Source of the DNA: an uncultured Bdellovibrionales bacterium
GTDB lineage: Bacteria; Bdellovibrionota_C; UBA2361; SZUA-149; CAZDIO01
NCBI GenBank assembly: GCA_964505555.1
Contig: CAZDIO010000102.1
Coordinates: 13,355 to 77,354, forward strand
Reading direction: 5' to 3'
Length of the DNA: 64,000 bases
Part shown: positions 1-10,010 of the stretch, piece by piece
Position numbering within the stretch: the stretch's first letter is position 1
Layout of the letters: every line of letters starts with the position of its first letter
Translations under genes and position numbers: made by a program
The notes under the pieces: model-generated
Told to the model about the DNA's origin: nothing
Seen by the model: the letters and a program-made list of their open reading frames with translations, nothing else
The model's database searches: none

Positions 1-777
1 TTGTAAGTAGGCGGTAGTGAGAAAAATTACCGTTCCACTACAAAACAGTAAGATCACTTCTTGTTGATGATTAAAGGCGATAAGAAAAAAAAGTGCTGCG
101 ATCTCTCTCCATCTGCTTGACTGACCAGAAAAGAGTTCTATCAATACGGTGAGTGCTCGAAAGTACGCTGCGTAGGCAATAATTGTCGAAGAAAGTGCAT
201 AGTAACGAACTCCAAATGAACTTGTGCCAAAAATGCAAAAAAAAGCGATAACATGAACATAGGCGCTCCACTTTGAAAAACGCAGTGTTCTTGCAAAAAG
301 ATAAAGCTGATACGCAAGTAAGAGCTGACTACAAGCACTAAGAAGATCAAGGGCTTCTCGCCTTGAAAGTAACGGAATAAAACGCAAAAAGCTCCAAAAA
401 AAGAAATAGGAAAACTTTCCCCTTAGGTCATGTTCACCGATTGTTGTCGCAGAGGTCCAAGAAAAAATCCGCCTCACATGCTCCCATGGATCAGAAGGGT
501 ATTCTAGGTACGCACCTGGGAGAAATAACAGCAAGAAAATTAGTAGCCAAAAAAGAACATCGAACACTTGAAAAGAGGAGATTCGCTTGAGACAAAAAAG
601 CAAAAACAGCAGACAAAACCCCACATGAAGGACAGTAAAAATCGAAAGAATGATAGATATTTTGAGATTCAAAACCCATCCAAAAAGATACACGGCTAGA
701 TAAGGGATAAAGAAACTCACTCCATCCCTAAAAAGATTAACGGAGATTTTATCGATTATTTTCTGACATTGCGTCAT
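1..777 (-). CDS. Polytopic membrane protein, N-terminal 259 codons only (gene runs off the left window edge); possibly GT-C/ArnT-like glycosyltransferase
   Basis: Own translation of the minus strand: ATG at 777-775 (MTQCQKIIDKISVNLFRDGVSFFIPYLAVYLFGWVL...). I checked all 259 plus-strand triplets down to position 1 and none is a reverse-strand stop. The product is very hydrophobic. It is absent from the ORF track because it has no stop inside the window. Confidence 0.55.
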   Translation of the reverse strand, partial: MTQCQKIIDKISVNLFRDGVSFFIPYLAVYLFGWVLNLKISIILSIFTVLHVGFCLLFLLFCLKRISSFQVFDVLFWLLIFLLLFLPGAYLEYPSDPWEHVRRIFSWTSATTIGEHDLRGKFSYFFFWSFLRFIPLLSRREALDLLSACSQLLLAYQLYLFARTLRFSKWSAYVHVIAFFCIFGTSSFGVRYYALSSTIIAYAAYFRALTVLIELFSGQSSRWREIAALFFLIAFNHQQEVILLFCSGTVIFLTTAYLQ

Positions 778-955
778 ACAATTTTGTCTGGAATGGCACC
801 GATCAATTATCGATTCTTTATATGGTCATTGCACTAACACACCCCCACGAGAAGCCACAATCTTGTTGAGTCGCTTGCAATCGTTCTGACCTCAATTTGA
901 ATCCATTTCCTCCTTATGCTATGAAAAAATTGAGTCTAAAAGAACGTAAACTACT

Positions 956-1828
956 TTGACAATGTTAGAAGTTTTGAAAAAGCAAGAATCGAACGTGGTA
1001 AATATCGAGCGTCAAGCAGTTGAGCTGCAACCATTTACTCTGCTACTTTCAATCCGCAAACGATACCTGCTTTTTTTATCGCTCTTGATACTTGCTATTA
1101 CTGCTAGCGTGGTGAGCTACTATCTTACTCCTCCACAGTTTGAAAGTAGGGTTGTCGTTATAATTCCAAAAATAACCGATGACGCATTTAATGTGTTTCC
1201 AAATGTAGCGAGTGTTACCTCGAGTTTTATTGAAAAATACGATGTGACCAATGCTCGTCGATCCACAAGAAAGCTGCCTTATATAAATTCTGTGCATCCT
1301 ACTTCTGGTGCTTATGTCAAAGACAGTGATGCAATAGCAATCTCTGCTCGCGGGACAACGATTGGAGAATCAGAGCACTACCTCACTATCGTCGCCAAAC
1401 AGCTCGTTGAGGAACTAAACCTCCCTCTTACTATGGTAAAAAAGAATTGGACCGATTATCTTGATTGGATAACAAGAGAGAGCATTTCATTAGAAGGATC
1501 GATAAAGGATCTCGAAACAAAAACAGCGAATCTTTCTGGAGAAAATGTAGCATTTCATGCGCTGTTGACATTAGAACAAGCAAAAGCTCGCGATAACCTC
1601 TCTGAAATGCGCTCAAAGCTTGCCGCAACGAAGCGACAGTTAGTAATCGCCGATACCTATGCAGCCTCGATCCTTGTAGGACCAAGTCCCGTCTTCGATG
1701 GCAAACCTGTGACACCACGATTTAATGAATTTTTGTTTTTCGGAGTTTTCTTTGGTCTTTTCTTGGCGTGTGTCGGTATATTAGCCGCTGAATGTCTTCC
1801 GCGTATCTCCATTTTTAAGCGGACCTGA
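956..1828 (+). CDS. Wzz/PCP-like polysaccharide chain-length determinant (by topology and context)
   Basis: 290 aa with one N-terminal helix (LLFLSLLILAITASVVSYYL) and one C-terminal helix (FLFFGVFFGLFLACVGILAA) flanking a long hydrophilic middle. It lies at the edge of a glycan locus. The start is uncertain (TTG 956 or ATG 962). Confidence 0.5.
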   Translation: MTMLEVLKKQESNVVNIERQAVELQPFTLLLSIRKRYLLFLSLLILAITASVVSYYLTPPQFESRVVVIIPKITDDAFNVFPNVASVTSSFIEKYDVTNARRSTRKLPYINSVHPTSGAYVKDSDAIAISARGTTIGESEHYLTIVAKQLVEELNLPLTMVKKNWTDYLDWITRESISLEGSIKDLETKTANLSGENVAFHALLTLEQAKARDNLSEMRSKLAATKRQLVIADTYAASILVGPSPVFDGKPVTPRFNEFLFFGVFFGLFLACVGILAAECLPRISIFKRT

Positions 1829-2656
1829 GCATTCAAACACCATCTTGAAGCTATATGGTTCGAGCAACAAAAAACGTTGCATCAGACCCTTATCAAGCTC
1901 ATCAATCAAAGCAAAAAGTTTCTTACAGAGCTTTTCTGGAAGGAGGTGGCGAAGGGGTGCAATGCAAGGCAGAAAAAAATGGAAATGTTTTTTTTCCGCC
2001 CTTGAAAATGAACTTTCAAGTAGAGTAAAATCTTGAGTTTTCATAACGTGCGAAGCCGCCCATCGAGTTCGCGTTCCGCGCCAAACTCCAACCGACCGAT
2101 TGAGGTTAAATATCGGGTTATGACCCAAACATTCGATTCCAAGGAGAACCCCTCGAGGACTTAGCACCCGACACATCTCTTTTAGTGCAGAGGGAAGATT
2201 AAAACTCGAAAATGCTTCATGGTTAATCACGACATCAAAACTATCATCCGCAAAATTGAGTGTGTCCGTATCCATCGTCTGAAACGAAACCTTTTGATGC
2301 AAGCCCCGCTCAAAAGCTCCCTGCGAGGCAACTTGCACAGCCGCTGGAGCGATATCAATACCGATTACTGAAGCAGCACCAAAAGCACCTGCCAAGATAC
2401 TATGTTTTCCAGTTCCACAGCCAACCTCAAGAATTCGTGCTCCCTGACAGATCGCACGAAGCCGGGTAAGAAAAAAATCTTCACTCCTATGGAGGATCTG
2501 TTCGCGCACCTCTGGCGAAGTAAAGTGACGAGAGGCCGCATAAAGCTCTTGATAGACCTCCCGTTCAGTCGCCTTCCACGGATCCTCTGGTAGTAATTCT
2601 CGACCGGAATTAACCACAGTGATCTCTTCCATCGGTCGTTCTTTGGAACTTTGCAT
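1781..2656 (-). CDS. Class I SAM-dependent methyltransferase
   Basis: SAM-binding motif I ILEVGCGTGKHS, followed by a Rossmann-like pattern (VIGIDI ... VVINHEAF). Confidence 0.8.
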   Translation of the reverse strand: MQSSKERPMEEITVVNSGRELLPEDPWKATEREVYQELYAASRHFTSPEVREQILHRSEDFFLTRLRAICQGARILEVGCGTGKHSILAGAFGAASVIGIDIAPAAVQVASQGAFERGLHQKVSFQTMDTDTLNFADDSFDVVINHEAFSSFNLPSALKEMCRVLSPRGVLLGIECLGHNPIFNLNRSVGVWRGTRTRWAASHVMKTQDFTLLESSFSRAEKKHFHFFLPCIAPLRHLLPEKLCKKLFALIDELDKGLMQRFLLLEPYSFKMVFECSGPLKNGDTRKTFSG

Positions 2657-2865
2657 TACTCTTTCTTATGAACTCTAGCACTGTATTTTTGACACTATAG
2701 AAGAAGGATAAAGAGAAGACAAATTCTCCACTCCTCTGTAAGCCTTGAATTTGTTATGTAATAAAATATCATCAAATGAGTGCAAAACAAGTGCCCTTAT
2801 GTTATGTAGTGCGGCTTAATCAGTATGGTCAAGCTGAGATTATTGTTGGAGATTATTAAGACCTT

Positions 2866-3969
2866 ATGAAGCAAATTCCCTATTTTGACTATCCTCATAC
2901 CTTTCGTTCAGAAGAAGAATCTCTTCTTGCGATTATTACTGATATCGGGCGAAGAGGAGCGTTTGTCCTGCAAAACGATCTCACACAGTTTGAAAAGAAT
3001 TTGGCGATCTTTGCAGAGTCCCCCTTCGCGGTAGGAGTTGCAAATGCCACAGATGGACTAACTATCGCTCTGCGAGCAGCAGGGATTGGTCCTGGTGATG
3101 AGGTAATCTTTTGCTCACACACCTTTGTGGCAACTGCTGCTGCAATTCACCATACGGGTGCTACGCCGGTGCCTGTTGAATGCCAAGCTGATCATTTGAT
3201 CGATCCTCACTCAGTGAAAAAAGCGATAACAAAACGCACAAAAGCGATCCTTCCTACACAGCTCAATGGGCGAACCGCAGAAATGGATCTCTTGATGGCG
3301 ATCGCCGAAGAAAACAATCTCCTCCTTATTGAAGATGCGGCACAAGCTCTTGGCTCTCGTTTTAGGGGGAGACAAGCAGGCACTTTTGGGGTTGCCTCAG
3401 CAATTAGCTTTTTCCCTGCAAAATCGCTTGGCTGCTTAGGAGATGGTGGCGCAGTACTTGTTCGAAATGAAGAGCTCTATCACAAAATACGATTAATGAG
3501 AGATCACGGTCGAAGCGCAACCGGTGAAGTTGTGATGTGGGGGGTTAATTCCCGCCTTGATAATTTACAAGCAGCGATATTGGATTATCGATTAAAATCT
3601 TTCGATACGGTCATTGCGCGCCGCAGAAAGATCGCTCAAATCTATCAAGAAGAACTAGAAGCAACGTCCCAAGTTGTTCTCCCACCCGGGCCAAATGCAA
3701 ACAGTGATCACTTTGATACCTTTCAAAATTATGAGATCGAGGCCGAACTGAGAGATGCTTTAAAGAATTTTCTTCGTGAGCAAGGTGTGGGCACTTTGAT
3801 TCAATGGGGAGGAAAAGCGGTACATGAATTTCCAGCGCTGGGATTTCAGGTGAAACTTCCCTTCACAGAAAAAATGTTTGAACGATGTTTGATGCTCCCG
3901 ATGAACATGTCTCTAGCGGATGAAGATGTTCGACATATTTGTACGGTGATAAGAAAGTTTTATGGCTAG
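2866..3969 (+). CDS. DegT/DnrJ/EryC1/StrS-family PLP-dependent sugar aminotransferase
   Basis: Family blocks ATDGLTIALRAAGIGPGDEVI and FFPAKSLGCLGDGGA. The 367-aa length is typical. Confidence 0.9.
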   Translation: MKQIPYFDYPHTFRSEEESLLAIITDIGRRGAFVLQNDLTQFEKNLAIFAESPFAVGVANATDGLTIALRAAGIGPGDEVIFCSHTFVATAAAIHHTGATPVPVECQADHLIDPHSVKKAITKRTKAILPTQLNGRTAEMDLLMAIAEENNLLLIEDAAQALGSRFRGRQAGTFGVASAISFFPAKSLGCLGDGGAVLVRNEELYHKIRLMRDHGRSATGEVVMWGVNSRLDNLQAAILDYRLKSFDTVIARRRKIAQIYQEELEATSQVVLPPGPNANSDHFDTFQNYEIEAELRDALKNFLREQGVGTLIQWGGKAVHEFPALGFQVKLPFTEKMFERCLMLPMNMSLADEDVRHICTVIRKFYG

Positions 3970-4807
3970 TAGTTTTGACGGCCTTGTGCCCGATCCCATC
4001 AGCTCGAAGGAGCTGGCAAAAAGGATTCGAATCCACGCATTAGAAATGGCAAACCGAGGCTCTAGCTCGCATATCGCTTCTAGCCTTTCTATTGCGGACA
4101 TTCTTGCCGTTCTTTATGGAGAGGTTTTGCAGGTAGACCCCACCAATCCTCAGTGGCCTGCTCGAGATCGCTTTATCTTGAGCAAAGGTCATGCTGGAGC
4201 AGCTCTTTATGCAACCCTGGCGGAAAGAGGGTTTTTCCCGCCTGAACGTCTCCTCTCACACTATCAGAATGGTTCCGATCTTAGTGGACATGTATCTCAC
4301 AAAGGTATCCCTGGGGTGGAGCTCTCCACGGGATCTCTAGGACATGGGCTTGGGGTCGGTGCCGGAATGGCATACGGAGCAAGACTTGATGCACAGACTC
4401 ATCGAGTCTTTGTGTTGATGAGTGATGGAGAGTGTGACGAAGGTTCAAATTGGGAAGCTATTTTATTTGCTGCACATCATCAACTTGATAACCTGGTGGC
4501 AATCATCGATTATAATAAGATACAAAGCCTTGCTCCTGTTTCAGAAACGTTGGGACTTGAGCCCTTCCGTGCAAAATGGGAGGCCTTTGGTTGGGAAGTA
4601 AAGGAATTAGATGGTCATCACCATCAGGAACTTTTTAGTGCTTTCTCAAAAATTCCTTTTGAAACAGGAAAGCCAAATTGCATTATTGCTCACACAACCA
4701 AGGGAAAAGGAGTTAAGTTCATGGAAGACTCTGTACTTTGGCACTACCGCACTCCTCAGGGAAGTGAATTTGAACGAGCATTAGCAGAGCTTCATTCTAC
4801 CTTATGA
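3962..4807 (+). CDS. Transketolase, N-terminal (ThDP-binding) subunit of a split enzyme
   Basis: Blocks SKGHAGAALYA, GSLGHGLGVGAGMA and SDGECDEGSNWEA. It overlaps the upstream aminotransferase gene by 8 nt. Confidence 0.85.
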   Translation: MASSFDGLVPDPISSKELAKRIRIHALEMANRGSSSHIASSLSIADILAVLYGEVLQVDPTNPQWPARDRFILSKGHAGAALYATLAERGFFPPERLLSHYQNGSDLSGHVSHKGIPGVELSTGSLGHGLGVGAGMAYGARLDAQTHRVFVLMSDGECDEGSNWEAILFAAHHQLDNLVAIIDYNKIQSLAPVSETLGLEPFRAKWEAFGWEVKELDGHHHQELFSAFSKIPFETGKPNCIIAHTTKGKGVKFMEDSVLWHYRTPQGSEFERALAELHSTL

Positions 4808-5760
4808 GAGATTGTTTTATCTTTAGGCTCTGTCAGATCGCAGAACACAATCCGCGTGTCATGCTCCTTACTGGAGATCTCGGATTTGCGGTGTTTGATG
4901 AATTTCGCAGTCGGTTTCCTCGACAGTTTCTTAATGTCGGTGTTGCAGAACAGAACCTCACCGGGGTAGCAACTGGATTAGCTCTAGAAGGGCGCGTTGT
5001 GTTTACCTACTCAATTGGAAACTTTCCAACTTTGCGTTGCTTAGAGCAGATTCGAAGCGACGTGCTCTATCATAACGCCAATGTAAATATTGTATCCGTG
5101 GGCTCTGGCTTTAGTTATGGTGCGCTTGGAATGTCTCATCATGCGACTGAGGATATAAGCATTATGCGCGCACTCCCTGGTCTGACGATCATGTCCCCAG
5201 GTGATGATTGGGAAGCTGAAGAATGCACCCAGGCACTGGTCATGAAGCAAGGTCCTGGATATCTACGGCTCGATAAATCAAGCGCTGGAAACACAAAAAA
5301 GCCTGGCGAAATCTTTCAATTAGGCCAAGGCCGGGTACTTCGCGAGGGGAATAACGCAACTTTGATTACGACAGGTGGAATTTTGAAGTTAGTGCTTGAA
5401 GTCGCTGATCAACTTGCTCTTGCCAAGCTCCCTTGTCGAGTGATTAGTCTCCCAACTCTAAAACCGTTAGATTGGGGGCTTATTGAACGTGGAGCGATGG
5501 AAACAGGTGGAATCGTGACGATTGAAGAACATACCGTCGAGGGTGGGTTGGGAAGCCTCGTCGCAGAACACTTATTAGAATCAGGAATTATTCCAGAAAA
5601 GTTTTTCCGTATCGGATTGCGAGATGGATTTCCTACTGTCGTGGGAAGCCAGGAGTATCTACGATCAATATGTAAAATTGATTCTCGCAGTATTTTTGAA
5701 ACCCTCGCTAAGTTCCTTCAGCGCGAGGAAAAGCTCCCCCACAGAGGTGTAGCAAGATGA
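4804..5760 (+). CDS. Transketolase, C-terminal (pyrimidine-binding) subunit of a split enzyme
   Basis: Blocks NVGVAEQNLTGVATGLALEGRVVFTYSIGNF and MRALPGLTIMSPGD. ATGA start/stop overlap with 3962-4807. Confidence 0.85.
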   Translation: MRDCFIFRLCQIAEHNPRVMLLTGDLGFAVFDEFRSRFPRQFLNVGVAEQNLTGVATGLALEGRVVFTYSIGNFPTLRCLEQIRSDVLYHNANVNIVSVGSGFSYGALGMSHHATEDISIMRALPGLTIMSPGDDWEAEECTQALVMKQGPGYLRLDKSSAGNTKKPGEIFQLGQGRVLREGNNATLITTGGILKLVLEVADQLALAKLPCRVISLPTLKPLDWGLIERGAMETGGIVTIEEHTVEGGLGSLVAEHLLESGIIPEKFFRIGLRDGFPTVVGSQEYLRSICKIDSRSIFETLAKFLQREEKLPHRGVAR

Positions 5761-6527
5761 AGCGAACACTGGACATCATTGCGGCAACACTTGGACTCAC
5801 TTTTCTGGCTCCTATTTTATCGTGTCTCGCATTTGCAATATGGCTCCAAGATCGGCACTCCCCATTCTATATTAGTCAACGAGTAGGGCGTGGGGGTAAT
5901 GTGTTTCAGATGGTGAAGTTGCGTTCGATGATCGCCTTTGCAGATCGTGCGGGAATTGATTCCACATCAGCAACGGATTCGCGCATTACACCGCTTGGTC
6001 ATTTTATTCGACGGTATAAAATGGATGAGTTATGCCAACTTTGGAATGTTCTAAGAGGTGAGATGAGCTTAGTCGGACCAAGACCGAATGTTCAGTGGGA
6101 CACTCAGCGGTACACCACAGAAGAGAAAAAGCTTCTTACCGTCCGGCCTGGAGTTACTGACTTGGCTTCGATCGTCTTCTCAGATGAGGGAGAAATACTT
6201 CGAGACAGTAGCGATCCGGACCTGGATTACAGCCGCATCATTCGGCCTTGGAAAAATCGGCTTGGATTGATTTATATCGAAAACCAATCCTTTTTCCTTG
6301 ATCTTCGAGTTATTTATCTTACCTGCATTGCGATCATTTCTAAAGATCGCGCACTGCAATCAGTCGTCAAAATTCTTATCGGATTTGGCGCTGACCCACT
6401 CCTGATAAGAATGGCTAGCCGAAAAGAGGCCTTACTTGCATATCCTCCTCCAGGAAGTAACTCCATTGCCACTACAGGGAAACCCGCAGATGAGGGTGCT
6501 GCGATGCCTAAACGACAATGCGGTTAA
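5757..6527 (+). CDS. Bacterial sugar transferase (small monotopic phosphoglycosyl transferase, PglC/WbaP-C type); glycan initiating enzyme
   Basis: N-terminal re-entrant helix (IIAATLGLTFLAPILSCLAFAIWL), then KLRSM and DELCQLWNVLRGEMSLVGPRP. ATGA overlap with the upstream gene. Confidence 0.85.
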   Translation: MKRTLDIIAATLGLTFLAPILSCLAFAIWLQDRHSPFYISQRVGRGGNVFQMVKLRSMIAFADRAGIDSTSATDSRITPLGHFIRRYKMDELCQLWNVLRGEMSLVGPRPNVQWDTQRYTTEEKKLLTVRPGVTDLASIVFSDEGEILRDSSDPDLDYSRIIRPWKNRLGLIYIENQSFFLDLRVIYLTCIAIISKDRALQSVVKILIGFGADPLLIRMASRKEALLAYPPPGSNSIATTGKPADEGAAMPKRQCG

Positions 6528-6536
6528 AACACCAGA

Positions 6537-7292
6537 TTAGTCAATGAAGGCGTACGCCACATAAGGATCGAAATCAAAACGCCGGAGCCTCAATTTATTT
6601 GGTCCTAGCACATCGAGTAGAGCCCCTGTTTCGCCAGGCCAAATCGGATTGTCGAGTTCGTCAAATGCAATAACAGCTCCTTTCGGCATCCGGGGAACAA
6701 AATACTCAAGAGCAATCTTTGTCGGCTCATACAGATCAAGATCTAAATACAAAAGACTCACGACAGTGTGTTTGTTGTTTTCAATAAAAGTTGGGATCGT
6801 TTCACGAACATCTCCCCGGACAAGGTGTACTTTATCAACATGCCCAAGAAACCGGTTATCATCATAAATAGAGATGAGCTGCAAGATTTCATCATAAGAA
6901 TTAGCCGCAAGATCTCCTTTTTGTGGCAAATACTGCTTGCTGTGATCTCGTTGCGTAATTCCATTTAACCCTGAAAAACTATCAAATCCATATATTCTCC
7001 GGGTAAGATTATTTGGTTCAAGAACAGAAGAAAAATGTGCCCAACTCATTAAACCAAACCCCTGATTCACTCCACACTCTATGATTGAACCTTTGACAGG
7101 GAGGCAAAGTTTAAAAAGCTCATAGAGCGTAAGAAATCGTGTTACCTTTTGACGGCGAATGTATTTGGGAAAGTTCTCGAGATTCTGTTCTGTAATCAGG
7201 TTATTTCCGTTAAAGAGCGCCGCAATTCGTTCTCCGATCTCTGCTTCAGTTGTGGTTCTAAGCCCACCTTCAGGAACGACTGATGATTTCAT
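6537..7292 (-). CDS. TylF/MycF-family SAM-dependent (sugar) O-methyltransferase
   Basis: Blocks IECGVNQGFGLM, LLYLDLDLYEPTK and AVIAFDELD match what I recall of the macrocin-O-methyltransferase family. Confidence 0.7.
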   Translation of the reverse strand: MKSSVVPEGGLRTTTEAEIGERIAALFNGNNLITEQNLENFPKYIRRQKVTRFLTLYELFKLCLPVKGSIIECGVNQGFGLMSWAHFSSVLEPNNLTRRIYGFDSFSGLNGITQRDHSKQYLPQKGDLAANSYDEILQLISIYDDNRFLGHVDKVHLVRGDVRETIPTFIENNKHTVVSLLYLDLDLYEPTKIALEYFVPRMPKGAVIAFDELDNPIWPGETGALLDVLGPNKLRLRRFDFDPYVAYAFID

Positions 7293-7457
7293 ATGTCTAA
7301 TTAAACACTAGCTTAGCGGTATTATTCGAGCCGTTTCCGCTCTTTCGTTGACATCCAAAAAGTTATACTCGGAATTAGTAGGCAATAGCAAGTTTTCTTC
7401 TAGAGAGAATTTCTCTCCTCAACCCTTCATTAGGCTCGAGAGAGCACTTTTTTTCAA

Positions 7458-8594
7458 CTATGCTGCCTCCCTCTTCTGTCTCCGATAAAACTCTTCGTAT
7501 CTGCTTGTAATCGCCTGAATGCTAAAAAAAGATTCTATTCGGACCCGAGCGGCGGCGCCTAAGGCTTCTTGTTCCGGTCGACTCATGACGATAATTTTCT
7601 CCCAGCCCTGTGCTAACGCCACAGGAGAGCCGATCGGAACAATGATACCGCTGCTACCGATAAGCGTTCTACAATCTCCGACGTCAGTAACCACGCATGG
7701 GATGCCACAAGCCATCGCTTCTCCAACCACGTTTGGGAAACCTTCACTCTTTGAGGATAAGGTAAAGATATTAAGTGCTGCCATAATTTTCTCAGCATCT
7801 TTTCGTTCCCCAAGCAGACGCACATGAGACGCAAGATCTAATCGCTCAATAATTTTTATAAGCTCAGCATTTGATGAATCAAAACCCTCTCCACAAAGAA
7901 GAAATGTGCATTGTTTGCAACTTTTTCGAAGCTCCGTTGCTGCATTTAAAAAGTTTTCAGGGTCCTTGATAGGATCGTATCGCGCAACCATCCCAATAAG
8001 CATCTCTGTAGGCCCAACATTTAACTCCCTTCTAATTTGCGCTCGTGCTTCTTGATCAGGACGAAACACCGTTGTGTCAAAACCGTTAGGAATTATCTCA
8101 AATCTCTTGGTGTTATATCCCAAACGTTTGTGACTTTCTTTTGCTGCTGAAGAGTTACAGATAATTGCCTTTGGGACACTGTATGAAAGCCACGCGCAGA
8201 GTTTCATTACCATCCATGTTGTCTTCTTTGTTCGTGAAATCTCCACATCACTTCGTCGACAATTCCAAATAACGGGAGCCTTACTTATCAATCGTGTTAC
8301 GACTCCACCAAGAAGATCGGCATGATACATCCATGTTTGAACAATATCTGGAGAAAAAGTTTTTATATAGCGCGCAAGTTTAAAGCTTGCTGATAAGTCA
8401 GGAACCCCTCTTTTCATATTAAGAGTTCTGACAACAATTCCAATCTCCTCAAGACGTTGAGCGATGGGGCCGGGAGAAATAAGAGAGATAACTTCGTTCT
8501 CGAATTCATCCCGATTCATATGTGCAAGCAATTTAAAAAGCATCATTTCAGCACCACCAACGTGCAAACCAGTGATGATGTGGAGGACCTTCAT
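7458..8594 (-). CDS. Glycosyltransferase family 4 (GT-B fold)
   Basis: N-terminal ITGLHVGGAEMM and a C-terminal E(x7)E region SKSEGFPNVVGEAMACGIPCVVTDVGD. Confidence 0.85.
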   Translation of the reverse strand: MKVLHIITGLHVGGAEMMLFKLLAHMNRDEFENEVISLISPGPIAQRLEEIGIVVRTLNMKRGVPDLSASFKLARYIKTFSPDIVQTWMYHADLLGGVVTRLISKAPVIWNCRRSDVEISRTKKTTWMVMKLCAWLSYSVPKAIICNSSAAKESHKRLGYNTKRFEIIPNGFDTTVFRPDQEARAQIRRELNVGPTEMLIGMVARYDPIKDPENFLNAATELRKSCKQCTFLLCGEGFDSSNAELIKIIERLDLASHVRLLGERKDAEKIMAALNIFTLSSKSEGFPNVVGEAMACGIPCVVTDVGDCRTLIGSSGIIVPIGSPVALAQGWEKIIVMSRPEQEALGAAARVRIESFFSIQAITSRYEEFYRRQKREAA

Positions 8595-8673
8595 TACCTA
8601 AAACATCTCCTTGCTTTCATAAGAAAATCCATGTTTATTATATACTTCTGGAAAAATCTATAATTGCCATTAC

Positions 8674-9963
8674 ATGATATTCTCCTTACTTCCGATGTTT
8701 GTTGTCACCACCACTTCTGTCGTAATGCTCTTGGTATGGGGGCTTTCGCAACGTTTCAACCTGCACTCATTGCACAACATTTTTATCCTTATTTGGGCAT
8801 ACTATACGTTTTGTGTCCCGTTGGATTTGATGTTTTTCCCTGAATTACTTTCTCCCTCAGTCGGTGGCATGCCTAATCTCGGAGATGAAACCTTCGGAGA
8901 TGAGATAGGAATTACATTTTTTCATTATCTGATACTTGGCGGCTCATTTTTTTTAATCTACCACTTTCTGCCGGGTGGATCTCATAAAAACCCCAGGTGG
9001 AAATTATTGGAACTTCCTCTTCCCCCTCTCTGGGTGGTGATTACTTTAAATACGTTGGTCTTCGTAGCCTCAGTGGTGCTCATCGGCAGCCTTTCGCGAA
9101 GCGAAGCCGCGCTCTTGGGTGCGACAAATGTTTCATATAAGTTTTTTACGATCCTCACTACATTCGTTCAGGCGCTTAATATTATTTATGTTCATGAGAT
9201 TAACGACCGACGGAAAGCGCTTCTCATAGTACTTGCTTCATTTCTTTTTACACTCGCCACTGGTGGTCGAACGACTTTTGTAATTTTCATGCTCATCTTT
9301 CTCATCCGTTATGAAATACCGATTTCACGAGTTGGGCGAATTGTAACCGGAGTACTCGCCATTTGTTTTGCTGCTTTTTGGAAATTAATCTGGAGCAGTT
9401 TATCCCAGATGATTTTTTTTGGAGGCTCGGCTTCTGCGCTTTTAGACTTACCCTCTGTGACGGTTTCTAACTTTGAGGGGATCGGTCCCTATGAAATATC
9501 GGTATCCCTTCTTCGTCACTGGGGCTCCTCCCCTTGGTTACTGGGAGAGACCTATATCGTTACTCCGTTGCAATTATTGTTCCCACGTTTTCTTAGTTGG
9601 GAGCCGGTACAAACGCTTGCCGAATATTATGGTCAGTTATTCTCGCCAAACTTTGTTGCTCTTGGTGGTGGTATTGGTTTTTCAGCCGTTGGCGAGGCTT
9701 GGCTTAATTTTTCCCACTTTGGGCCTTTTTTACTCGGCTTGGTTTTTGGTTATATCGCTAAATATTATGACAGCCACCCGCGAGGATTGAGTTATTGGAT
9801 AGTCGTTATTGTTTTCTGTAGATTGTTTCGTTCAGATTTTGCTTCCATTTTTAAGAGTTGGTTGCTGATCTTGGGAATCTCTATACTTGTGGTAACAGTA
9901 TGTCTAAGGCTGCTTGGTGAGTTGCAGGCCAAAATGCTGACACAATGCAAGGAAAACCATTGA
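8674..9963 (+). CDS. Wzy-like O-antigen/repeat-unit polymerase (topology and context only)
   Basis: 429 aa, roughly 10-12 hydrophobic helices and no soluble domain. It is embedded in a glycan locus that also has Wzx-like and Wzz-like genes. Confidence 0.5.
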   Translation: MIFSLLPMFVVTTTSVVMLLVWGLSQRFNLHSLHNIFILIWAYYTFCVPLDLMFFPELLSPSVGGMPNLGDETFGDEIGITFFHYLILGGSFFLIYHFLPGGSHKNPRWKLLELPLPPLWVVITLNTLVFVASVVLIGSLSRSEAALLGATNVSYKFFTILTTFVQALNIIYVHEINDRRKALLIVLASFLFTLATGGRTTFVIFMLIFLIRYEIPISRVGRIVTGVLAICFAAFWKLIWSSLSQMIFFGGSASALLDLPSVTVSNFEGIGPYEISVSLLRHWGSSPWLLGETYIVTPLQLLFPRFLSWEPVQTLAEYYGQLFSPNFVALGGGIGFSAVGEAWLNFSHFGPFLLGLVFGYIAKYYDSHPRGLSYWIVVIVFCRLFRSDFASIFKSWLLILGISILVVTVCLRLLGELQAKMLTQCKENH

Positions 9964-10010
9964 AGCAACCGGTTAATTTGGTGGTTTAACGTTAGCGTTA
10001 AAAAGAAACT

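Noticed and set aside
71-679. Track ORFs 71-271, 141-350 and 491-679 on the minus strand
   Set aside because: They are alternative frames of the same DNA that carries a continuous 259-codon hydrophobic ORF (1-777, minus strand). Their sequences are compositionally odd and mutually overlapping.
9473-9790. Internal alternative-frame ORFs inside membrane-protein genes (also 20127-20495, 62164-62637, 46535-46966, 48043-48132)
   Set aside because: Each is fully nested in a longer ORF that has a coherent hydrophobic or family-like translation. The nested frames have no start context and give implausible sequences.
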